Part shown: positions 8,820 through 16,670 of the stretch, piece after piece
Position numbering within the stretch: the stretch's first letter is position 1
Layout: every line of letters begins with the position of its first letter
NCBI GenBank assembly: GCA_049969675.1
Contig: JBMFOP010000052.1
Span: 1 to 16,909 of the forward strand
Origin: Myxococcota bacterium
GTDB lineage: Bacteria > Myxococcota > SpSt-1050
Reading direction: 5' to 3'
Length of the DNA: 16,909 nucleotides
The notes under the pieces: model-generated
Database searches by the model: none
Told to the model about the DNA's origin: nothing
Seen by the model: only the letters and a program-made list of their open reading frames with translations
Position numbers and translations under genes: made by a program

Positions 8820-9575
8820 ATGAAAAGTATTTACATTGTGATTATTTCAATGCTGGCAATTATCTCTGCGATATTTATTTACTGTTCTGGTAATAGCAAT
8901 CCATCAGATGATACAACAGGTGATGTAGGCATCAAACCATCTTCCCAGATATGCCCCAAACTACCTAAGTGTTTCAATAATGCCTATCCACCATTTATTG
9001 GTTATGATAAGGCATCCTGTATGAAGACCATAAATACATTTGATGAGGCACTTATTCAGGAATTGCTGGATGCAAATGGGGACTGCGACCAATACAAAAA
9101 TCTGCTTATGGACTTTCAACTTACAGAAGGGTGTAAGGTATTGCAGGCGTGTCTTGATGCAAAGATATTCAATGAAAGGTTGGGAGGCAGTATAGATGGA
9201 TGTAAGGATGTTCTAAAGACAGAGAATATCTCCCTGGAGCTTGAGCAATGTATTTATTCAGCATATAGAAATAATAACGACTGTAATGGTGTTAACCTGT
9301 GTATCAATATCGCACAGGCTGATGTGGGTTTTGATACGATATTTACTGATACGGGAGTAGAAAAGGCTTGTGTTACAGATACAGATTCATACAACTGCGA
9401 ATTTGTCTGTGATAAATTCCACTCCTGCACCAATCTCTACTGTCCACCGGAGAATGGAGATTGCACCAGAGATGATTGTATTAACGGCTGCAAAGACCCT
9501 GTTGGACAATTTACAATTGAACTTATGTGCTGTCTGGCAGAGAAGAGCTGTGAAGAAATCTCACAATGTTATTAA
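8820..9575 (+). CDS. Cysteine-rich putative lipoprotein, unknown function
   Basis: MKS + hydrophobic stretch ending IFIY-C22 (atypical lipobox), followed by a S/T/D/G linker. 23 Cys in 251 aa (hand count), recurring C-x5-C units, strong RBS. Confidence 0.75.
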   Translation: MKSIYIVIISMLAIISAIFIYCSGNSNPSDDTTGDVGIKPSSQICPKLPKCFNNAYPPFIGYDKASCMKTINTFDEALIQELLDANGDCDQYKNLLMDFQLTEGCKVLQACLDAKIFNERLGGSIDGCKDVLKTENISLELEQCIYSAYRNNNDCNGVNLCINIAQADVGFDTIFTDTGVEKACVTDTDSYNCEFVCDKFHSCTNLYCPPENGDCTRDDCINGCKDPVGQFTIELMCCLAEKSCEEISQCY

Positions 9576-9585
9576 GAATGGCTGA

Positions 9586-12075
9586 ATGTCTATATCAGTT
9601 ATTATACCTGTATATAATGAGTCAGGTGTAATTGAATCCGTCCTCAAGGATTTAATTGAAAGTAGAAGAAATATAAATGCTCTGATTGATGCTGAGATTA
9701 TATTCGTAGATGATGGAAGCACAGATGATACGGCAAAAATAATAAAATCATCAAAAATCTCTAACTCAAAAATAATATCAACTCCACATATGGGGCTCTC
9801 ACATGCCCTATATACCGGGATAATGGCTGCATCTAAAGACATAATAGTAACCATTGATGCTGACGGGCAATTCTCTTTTGAGGATATACCCAGATTTTTA
9901 GAGAAACTTGAGAGTGAGAATGCGGATATTGTAACAGGTTATCGCATAAAAAGAAATGACAATATTATAAGGAAAATTAGTTCACTTATTGCAAACTTTT
10001 GTAAAAGATTAATACTAAACGATAATGTAAGGGATTCTACCTGCACACTCAAGGCATTTAAGAGGGAGGTGAGGGATAAGATATTATATTGCTTTGATGG
10101 ATTTCACAGATTTATACCCTCATTTGCCATAATGAATGGATTGAAAGTTGTTGAAATCCCTGTTGTGCATAAGAATAGGATTGGGGGAACTGCGAAATTC
10201 GGGATAATAAACAGAATCCCCGATGTAATAATTGATATCTTTGGAGTGAGATGGCTCAAATATAAGAGATTCTCCCCTGATTCTGATGAGAGGAGATTCT
10301 CCTTTTATCCTGATATCTTCTTTATAATTCTACTCCTATCAGTTGTAATCGGTCTCTTTAATGGGTATTTCAGAGTTATTGATGACTTCTGGCTATATGG
10401 CTCTTTAAACAGATTTATTGGATATGACTATTCAAAGAGCTACGGTTGGGAGAACTTCATATTTAATGAGATTGTGCCACCCTTGATAAGAATAATTTAT
10501 GCATCCTTTATGAACATTGGAACGGTAATAGGCGTAAAGTACCCTCTTGAATGGACAAATAAGGTGATAGGAATTTCAATTCTATTACTCTCTTATATAC
10601 TTTTTACTAAATTTTTCAATTCTCATACCAGAAGGCATCTGGCAAAGTGGGTTGCCTTCTTAATCGTCTTTTATGGGGTTGTATCTTCCGAGATATATTC
10701 CGGACTTGCGAGGTCATTCTCCTATATCCTTATACCAGCCCTTTTGATAGCATTTGAAAAAAGGTCCTTAATTGCCATTTCTTCAATAACACTTCTCACT
10801 GCACTTTTATACCCGGTCTTACTCCCACTCTTCTTTATCTTTATAATGATTGGTTATCTTCTTTATGATATCAGACATCTGTTTCATTCAATTCTTCCTA
10901 TCATTAGTGGATTGCTGGGACTTTTGCCGATGTTGTTGAGGATAGATCTAACAAAATTTAGTCCTCCAGATGCAGGGGATTCTTTTCTTAATCAGACACA
11001 TATATTTGAGTTGCCGATTTCATCAAATTTACATCTTCTCTCTGGTTCTCTAACCGATCTGGGGGTAGTTGAATGGATAAATTTTAATTTTTTGCATCAA
11101 TGGATTTTGAGTGATAATCTCAGGGATATTATCGGGATTATGCTCACTCTCTTCTTTTTACTTGCTGTTTTGAGAAGAATTTTGAGAAGAGAGAGAGAAC
11201 GGATAGATATTGCAACTTTCTTTTTGCTCTTTATATTCTATATTGTTGGATTATTTCAGAGAGAATATACAGATATAGCCTATGTCTTCAAATGGGGAAT
11301 CTTCTTCTCAGCAGTATATATAACCATTGGAATAATCAGGCCTGAATTGATCAGGAGATATAGAACTATTTTCATACTCTCAATCTCTGCCCTTATCTCT
11401 TTTTTTATTACACATTTGCTCTCAACTAAATTTGGATTTGGTGTCCATGAGCCCGGCAGACAGATACAGAGGGCATTTGCAATCATCTTTCCATTCCTCT
11501 CATCTGCACTTTTCTATTCTTCATTTGTGAGGGCAGGGGACATTCTTAAACCAATTGTAATCTTTATAATCTTTATAATCGTATGTATCTTCTACCCACA
11601 ACTCAAACTCGTAAGCCCTGTTGATAGATATGTGATTGAGCGAATCTCATCCCTTAATAAGGGGTCTTTAATACTTTCTCATCCACTCACTGCAAACTGG
11701 ATTGTCTCACATACAGATAAATATTCCACAATCATTGATGAGCAGATAAGGGTAACAAAGACAAATCCTATCAGAGGCTCAAAAGAGACCATTATGCCAA
11801 CAGAGATGGCTGCCCTGATTTTAGGTATATATTATACTAATGATTTCAATAGAGCAGTTAATTGGTGTAAAAGTAAGAGCGATACATACATTCTGGTTGA
11901 GGAATATTATTATAGCGAAAGTTTTTTCAATTTACATAGAGAGCCTTACTACTCATTTGTAGAGCGAAATAATCCCTCAAAGGATTTTGCACTTCTAAAG
12001 ATACCACTTGATCTGAGACACCCTATTACCCCGGAGGCATTTTTAATATCCTGTGAAGAGATGACAGAGAGATGA
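9586..12075 (+). CDS. Fusion protein: GT2 polyprenol-phosphate glycosyltransferase (DPM1/ArnC-like) + multi-pass GT-C-like membrane domain
   Basis: aa 1-~228: ISVIIPVYNE, VDDGSTDDT, DADGQ (DxD), GFHRFIP, HKNRIGGTAKFG. The remaining ~600 aa have many TM helices, an acidic DD pair right after the first TM (VIDDFW, nt 10381-10386) and a C-terminal soluble domain. The GT2 call is strong; the GT-C call is inference. Confidence 0.75.
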   Translation: MSISVIIPVYNESGVIESVLKDLIESRRNINALIDAEIIFVDDGSTDDTAKIIKSSKISNSKIISTPHMGLSHALYTGIMAASKDIIVTIDADGQFSFEDIPRFLEKLESENADIVTGYRIKRNDNIIRKISSLIANFCKRLILNDNVRDSTCTLKAFKREVRDKILYCFDGFHRFIPSFAIMNGLKVVEIPVVHKNRIGGTAKFGIINRIPDVIIDIFGVRWLKYKRFSPDSDERRFSFYPDIFFIILLLSVVIGLFNGYFRVIDDFWLYGSLNRFIGYDYSKSYGWENFIFNEIVPPLIRIIYASFMNIGTVIGVKYPLEWTNKVIGISILLLSYILFTKFFNSHTRRHLAKWVAFLIVFYGVVSSEIYSGLARSFSYILIPALLIAFEKRSLIAISSITLLTALLYPVLLPLFFIFIMIGYLLYDIRHLFHSILPIISGLLGLLPMLLRIDLTKFSPPDAGDSFLNQTHIFELPISSNLHLLSGSLTDLGVVEWINFNFLHQWILSDNLRDIIGIMLTLFFLLAVLRRILRRERERIDIATFFLLFIFYIVGLFQREYTDIAYVFKWGIFFSAVYITIGIIRPELIRRYRTIFILSISALISFFITHLLSTKFGFGVHEPGRQIQRAFAIIFPFLSSALFYSSFVRAGDILKPIVIFIIFIIVCIFYPQLKLVSPVDRYVIERISSLNKGSLILSHPLTANWIVSHTDKYSTIIDEQIRVTKTNPIRGSKETIMPTEMAALILGIYYTNDFNRAVNWCKSKSDTYILVEEYYYSESFFNLHREPYYSFVERNNPSKDFALLKIPLDLRHPITPEAFLISCEEMTER

Positions 12076-13409
12076 TTGGAATAAAAGATATACCTTTTTT
12101 GATACTAATATTAATTCTGGCTACATTACTCTTTTTCCTCTTCGTAGACAAAAGGCCCTTTACCGATGAGGGTTCGTTCTGTACAATCGCAGAGGCTATA
12201 TCAAATGGTTCGGTACTTTACAGAGATATATACAACGAGAAGGCTCCAATTCCATATTTCCTTGCTGCCCTGTTTGTAGATACAAATGGGGATAATATTA
12301 AAATATTGAGAAAGATCTCTTTTGTTGCGTTCTTATTTTGCATCCTTCTCTTATATCTCTTATTAAAAAAGAATGGACTGACAATTTTACAGACCTTTTT
12401 TATCTCTGTATTCTATATCCAGACCGCCCCGCTCTTTCAATCATTCAACTATACATCGGAGATTCTATCATTACCAATCATCCTGTTTATAATCAATCGC
12501 CTCTATATTATTGAGAGGAGCAAAGTGAATATTATTATTGGGTTTCTTACAATAATTCTGGTCTTTATTAAACAGCCTTTTATTCTCTTCTCCCTTTTAA
12601 TAATGATATTTGCACTTTCTTCTCCAAATATCAGAAGGCATTTTTTTATAGGTGTTTTGTTCGGTATCGTATTTATATTCCTTTTACTGCTTATAACAAA
12701 GTCCTTCTTACCATTTGTTGAAAACCTCTCTTTTATCGCACATCACTTAAATTTAAGAGATTATGCGCGGTTGCCATATAGAGTAGAATATTATCAGTTC
12801 ATATTGATTCTGGTTCTGTCTACTTTTTTGATTTACCATTATTTCAAAAAGAATCTGAAATTGATTCATATTCTGTTAGCATTGAGCCTCCTCCCTCAGG
12901 GGATGGTGAGAATGGATGCATTTAAGTTGCTTCCATTCTTTACTGTTCTGATTATAATGATTGCCAGATTGAGTATTATAGAGCAGGTGAAGAATCTATA
13001 CATTATTCTCCTTATCCTATCTGTCACCCCTGTCTGGTTTTATAGAGATATCTTAAATCAGAATTTTGATAGTATTAAAAGTATCAGTTATACAGTTGAG
13101 ACAAAGACAGATAAAAAGGATTCAATCTGGGTTGCACCACACGAGGCAAATATATATTGTCTCTCTCATAGAAGACCCTCCTCCAGATTCTTCTTTCTAC
13201 TCCCCTGGATAAGTAAATCAGAGGTCTTTCTTACTCTTATTGAAGACCTTGTAAGAAGAGACCCTCCAGAGTGCATCGTGGATGTCTCAAAATTTAATAA
13301 TGCGACTACATATAATCTTTCTGATATGTTCGCAGAATTTGGGGAAATTATAAAAAATTATAAGGATGTTATGGAGATTAATGGAGCAATAATCTATTGT
13401 AAGAAATAA
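12072..13409 (+). CDS. GT-C fold membrane glycosyltransferase (ArnT/PMT-like)
   Basis: TM1 followed by RPFTDEGSF...NGSVLYRDIYNEKAP (DE pair at nt 12165-12170), FIKQP, many TM segments and a C-terminal soluble domain (IYCLSHRRPSSRF). ATGA-coupled to the upstream gene. Confidence 0.75.
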   Translation: MIGIKDIPFLILILILATLLFFLFVDKRPFTDEGSFCTIAEAISNGSVLYRDIYNEKAPIPYFLAALFVDTNGDNIKILRKISFVAFLFCILLLYLLLKKNGLTILQTFFISVFYIQTAPLFQSFNYTSEILSLPIILFIINRLYIIERSKVNIIIGFLTIILVFIKQPFILFSLLIMIFALSSPNIRRHFFIGVLFGIVFIFLLLLITKSFLPFVENLSFIAHHLNLRDYARLPYRVEYYQFILILVLSTFLIYHYFKKNLKLIHILLALSLLPQGMVRMDAFKLLPFFTVLIIMIARLSIIEQVKNLYIILLILSVTPVWFYRDILNQNFDSIKSISYTVETKTDKKDSIWVAPHEANIYCLSHRRPSSRFFFLLPWISKSEVFLTLIEDLVRRDPPECIVDVSKFNNATTYNLSDMFAEFGEIIKNYKDVMEINGAIIYCKK

Positions 13410-13699
13410 TGGGAGTAAATATGGATAAGATAAATCTGGATTTCTGGCTAATCTTTGGTCTTCTCGGACAGTTTGTATTTTTTTTAAGATTCTTTCTCCA
13501 GTGGATAGTTAGTGAGATAAAGAAGAGAAGCACAATTCCAGATGTGTTCTGGTATTTGAGTCTTCTGGGTGGGATAACATTATTTATTTATGCCATTCAT
13601 AGGGAGGATATTGTATTTATTATAGGTCAGGGAGGCGGCCTAATTATTTATACAAGGAATATTATGTTGCTTAAGAAGGGGAAGAAGGAAACTATATGA
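13409..13699 (+). CDS. Stand-alone lipid-A-disaccharide synthase N-terminal (LAB_N) domain membrane protein
   Basis: GLLGQFVFFLRFFLQWIVSE...IPDVFWYLSLLGG...YAIHREDIVFIIGQ is the characteristic LAB_N pattern. TAATG overlap at 13409; alternative start ATG13421 has GGGAG at 13411-13415. Confidence 0.85.
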   Translation: MGVNMDKINLDFWLIFGLLGQFVFFLRFFLQWIVSEIKKRSTIPDVFWYLSLLGGITLFIYAIHREDIVFIIGQGGGLIIYTRNIMLLKKGKKETI

Positions 13700-15138
13700 G
13701 ATTCCTCTTTCTACAGGATACAATTGATTCAGAGTCAATAGGTCTCTCTTATATCTCTGCTGTGCTTAAAAAAGCAGGTCATACTACCGAGCTTTACATC
13801 GCATCACTTGAGAACAATCTATTTGAAAAAATAAATGACTATTCTCCAGATATTATTCTGTTCTCTGTGATTATTACGAAACAGGATTTTTACAATAGGC
13901 TTGGCATCATTTTGAAGAGGAAATTTCCAGACATAAAGATAATTATAGGTGGCCCTTATGTTACACTGAAGAACGCTTATGCAAAGAATGATTGGGTTGA
14001 TTTTGCAATAATTGGTGAAGGAGAGGATGCTATAATTGATCTAATAGAGGCACTTGAAAATGGAAAGGATTTCAGAAAAATAAAAAATCTGGTTTACAGA
14101 GAGGGTGATAAGCTGATTGTAAATGAATTGCGGGATTTGAAAGAGGATTTAGATAGTCTGCCTATTCCTGATAGAGAATTGTATTTAAAGTACAGGTCTT
14201 TTAAGGACCTCACTGTGAAACGTTTTATAAGTGGCAGAGGGTGTCCATACTCATGTACATTCTGTTTTGCAAGAAGATTGAGAGATATGTATCATCAGAA
14301 GGGAAAATATGTAAGAAAGCATTCGGTGGAGAGGGTCTGTGAAGAAATCAATATTATGAGAGAAAAGTCTGTGCTCAATACTGTTCATTTCTCTGATGAC
14401 ATTTTTCTGACCGATAAGAGATGGCTGGAAAGATTTGCAAAACTCTATCCAGAGGAGGTTGGACTGCCATTTCAATGTAATCTAACGGCAAAGACAATTG
14501 ATGAAGAGACTATAAGGCTCTTAAAGGGTTGTGGGCTTAGAGGTGTGGGTATAGGGCTTGAGTCGGGAGTTGAGAGAATTAGAAATAATATTCTTGGGAA
14601 GCGTTTCTCAAATGAGGAGATAGAGGAGGTTTCAAGAATACTTCATAAATATAAAATTGAAATTTATACATACAATATGATAGCACTTCCTGAGGAGAGT
14701 ATTGAGGATGCAATCTCCACGCTTGAATTGAACAGACATATGAAAATTAAAATAACTCAATGCAATATTGCTATTCCTTTTGAGGGATTACCTCTTACAG
14801 ATATGGCAATTCAAAATTCTTTGCTTGAAGATACGTCAGTTGTATTCAATATGAATAAAAGACCTGAATCTCCAATCATAAAGGTTGAGGTCAAAGAGGA
14901 GTTTGAGAGGTTATTCCTTCTCTTTCCATTTCTGGTAAAGGCAAAGATTTCAACAAAGATTATTAGAATGTTGTTGAAACTTCCCTTGAATTTTATATAT
15001 AGAATGCTTCATAAAATCAGTTATATTTTAAATATGAAAAGGTATTATGATATCTCTTTAATCTCTGGATTGAGGATTTTCTTTGATATAAGAAGAGGGG
15101 AGAGATATTTAAAAGACTTTTTTAAGAGAGAGAGATGA
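13696..15138 (+). CDS. Cobalamin-dependent radical SAM enzyme #5
   Basis: ESIGLSYISAVLKKAGH, IIGGPYVT, GEGE, DLDSLPIPDR, GRGCPYSCTFC, SDDIF, GLESG, YNMIALPEES. ATGA overlaps at both ends. Confidence 0.9.
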   Translation: MRFLFLQDTIDSESIGLSYISAVLKKAGHTTELYIASLENNLFEKINDYSPDIILFSVIITKQDFYNRLGIILKRKFPDIKIIIGGPYVTLKNAYAKNDWVDFAIIGEGEDAIIDLIEALENGKDFRKIKNLVYREGDKLIVNELRDLKEDLDSLPIPDRELYLKYRSFKDLTVKRFISGRGCPYSCTFCFARRLRDMYHQKGKYVRKHSVERVCEEINIMREKSVLNTVHFSDDIFLTDKRWLERFAKLYPEEVGLPFQCNLTAKTIDEETIRLLKGCGLRGVGIGLESGVERIRNNILGKRFSNEEIEEVSRILHKYKIEIYTYNMIALPEESIEDAISTLELNRHMKIKITQCNIAIPFEGLPLTDMAIQNSLLEDTSVVFNMNKRPESPIIKVEVKEEFERLFLLFPFLVKAKISTKIIRMLLKLPLNFIYRMLHKISYILNMKRYYDISLISGLRIFFDIRRGERYLKDFFKRER

Positions 15139-15740
15139 GCCAACTTTTAATATTGCTATCTCTGCTTCTACCTATAAGTAGTGGAGAGATACCACTCGGC
15201 TGTATGGAGGATGAAAATCCAATCAGGCTCAACTATCCATTCTTTACAATACCAGTGGGTAAGAAGGTGATGTACAATGAAAAATGTGATAAAAAGCATT
15301 ATTTAAGTCAAAAACTACTTGATGAGATTTCTCCTTTAAATGGATTTACTGGATTGAAGAAAGAGAGTTCATCTGTTGTATTAAATAAAGATAGACAGTC
15401 AATAAAAAGATTCTATACAACATCAAACCTAACGCCTTATTATGGGATTAAGATTACAAAGGCAAAATTGAATATCATTAATAAGATTATGATAGCTCTT
15501 GAGAGAGAGTACGGAGATGGACTATTTTTACTGGTTTTGAGAAATGATAATGGAATGTTTGCAAGACAGATTATTGTTGATGAAATTAAGTGTGCAGTAG
15601 AGGTGATAATACCTGTTGCTGAATTTTTCCAGATACCTTATAAAGAGGGGGATTTCCTTGATGCAGAGTATCAGATTGAATTATATCTGATCAATTATAA
15701 TAAAATGAAATGGAAGTTTGTTGGGTTTGAAATAGAGTGA
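15135..15740 (+). CDS. Hypothetical exported protein
   Basis: 201 aa with a short hydrophobic N-terminus (MSQLLILLSLLLPISSG). Coupled by ATGA upstream and GTGA downstream. No recognisable family. Confidence 0.6.
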   Translation: MSQLLILLSLLLPISSGEIPLGCMEDENPIRLNYPFFTIPVGKKVMYNEKCDKKHYLSQKLLDEISPLNGFTGLKKESSSVVLNKDRQSIKRFYTTSNLTPYYGIKITKAKLNIINKIMIALEREYGDGLFLLVLRNDNGMFARQIIVDEIKCAVEVIIPVAEFFQIPYKEGDFLDAEYQIELYLINYNKMKWKFVGFEIE

Positions 15741-16666
15741 AATTATTACTTAGAAAATTTATAGTGATTATCCTGATATTTCTCTCTCTGGAGATATTAT
15801 TAAGGCTATTTAATAACCCTTTTTATGTCTCTGAGAAGAGGCTTTTTCAATTTAGAAAGGATTTGAAGATATCGGAGGGAAAATCGGGAATTTATATTGC
15901 AATGCTTGGCGATTCATTTACCTATGGTGTTAAGGTGAAAGATGAAGAGACATCCTCATATCAGCTTGAGAGACAATTGCGAGAGAGATTAGCTAGAGAA
16001 GATATATATGTAGATAATCTGGGTATAGCAGGGACTTCTACGATTGAACAGTATGTCATTTTTGAAAGAGTTGTTAAAAATTCTAATTATGATTTTGTAA
16101 TTTTGAACTTCTTTATTGATGACTTTACACCATACTACTACTTTAATACCCTCTTAAATCCATATGAATATTGTAGAGAGTATCTAAAGTCTGGTGGCAA
16201 TATGTTGGGTCTTCTCTCTATGATGAGATTATTTGAAATCACTACAATCTATTACGATATTATAAAAACATACATTAAAGTGGGCTCACCACTCACACCT
16301 GTATCATATATGTTGGAGAAGATGAGAGAGAGGGATTCGCTTAGATATATGTGTGCAAAGGGGAGATTGATTCAGATGGGAGAGGAGATTAAAAATTCCG
16401 GAAAGAGAGCGATATTTCTTATGATTCCCTCGCTTACCTTATATGATTATCAAAATCCATATCCAGAGGAGATAGCAAAATATGAGACAGAGGCGATGCT
16501 TATTGCAAAGGGGGCCGGATTTGAGGTAATTGATACAGTTGTGGAGTTGAGGGATAAATTAGACCAGCGGTTGATTGTGAAGAATGATATACACCTTAAT
16601 AAAGATGGATATCGCTTGATTGCAGAGCTAATTGCAGATAAGATTATAGCATTGATGAAAAGATAG
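15737..16666 (+). CDS. Membrane-anchored SGNH/GDSL hydrolase-family protein (esterase or O-acyltransferase)
   Basis: N-terminal TM anchor (LSLEILLRL), block I LGDSFTYG, block II NLGIAGTS, block III FFIDD, block V DIHLN. GTG start. Confidence 0.85.
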   Translation: MKLLLRKFIVIILIFLSLEILLRLFNNPFYVSEKRLFQFRKDLKISEGKSGIYIAMLGDSFTYGVKVKDEETSSYQLERQLRERLAREDIYVDNLGIAGTSTIEQYVIFERVVKNSNYDFVILNFFIDDFTPYYYFNTLLNPYEYCREYLKSGGNMLGLLSMMRLFEITTIYYDIIKTYIKVGSPLTPVSYMLEKMRERDSLRYMCAKGRLIQMGEEIKNSGKRAIFLMIPSLTLYDYQNPYPEEIAKYETEAMLIAKGAGFEVIDTVVELRDKLDQRLIVKNDIHLNKDGYRLIAELIADKIIALMKR

Positions 16667-16670
16667 GATT

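Noticed and set aside
8820..9575. Cys-rich protein as a RiPP (ranthipeptide/sactipeptide) precursor or multiheme cytochrome
   Set aside because: It is 251 aa with an export signal, the rSAMs show no SPASM Cys motifs or evident RRE, and there are no CxxCH motifs.
11168..11198. Tandem TTTTGAGAAGA x2 plus (AG)5 tract; similar (AG)5 at 15125-15135 and A8/T8 runs at 124-131 and 13478-13485 as phase-variation sites
   Set aside because: The tracts are short, frames are intact, and they are explained by AGA/GAG codon usage and AT richness.
634..14475. Short ORF-track entries (61-139 aa), e.g. 634-828, 1751-2005, 2704-3123, 6621-6806, 6938-7198, 9370-9585, 9561-9854, 11280-11486, 14251-14475
   Set aside because: All lie antisense to or out of frame within well-supported genes and have no recognisable motifs. 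They are shadow ORFs.
812..15138. Naming the radical SAM genes bchE, hpnP, hpnJ or miaB/rimO
   Set aside because: There are no bacteriochlorophyll or core hopanoid genes in the window, and no methylthiotransferase N-terminal Cys motif or TRAM domain. Only the family-level call is supportable.
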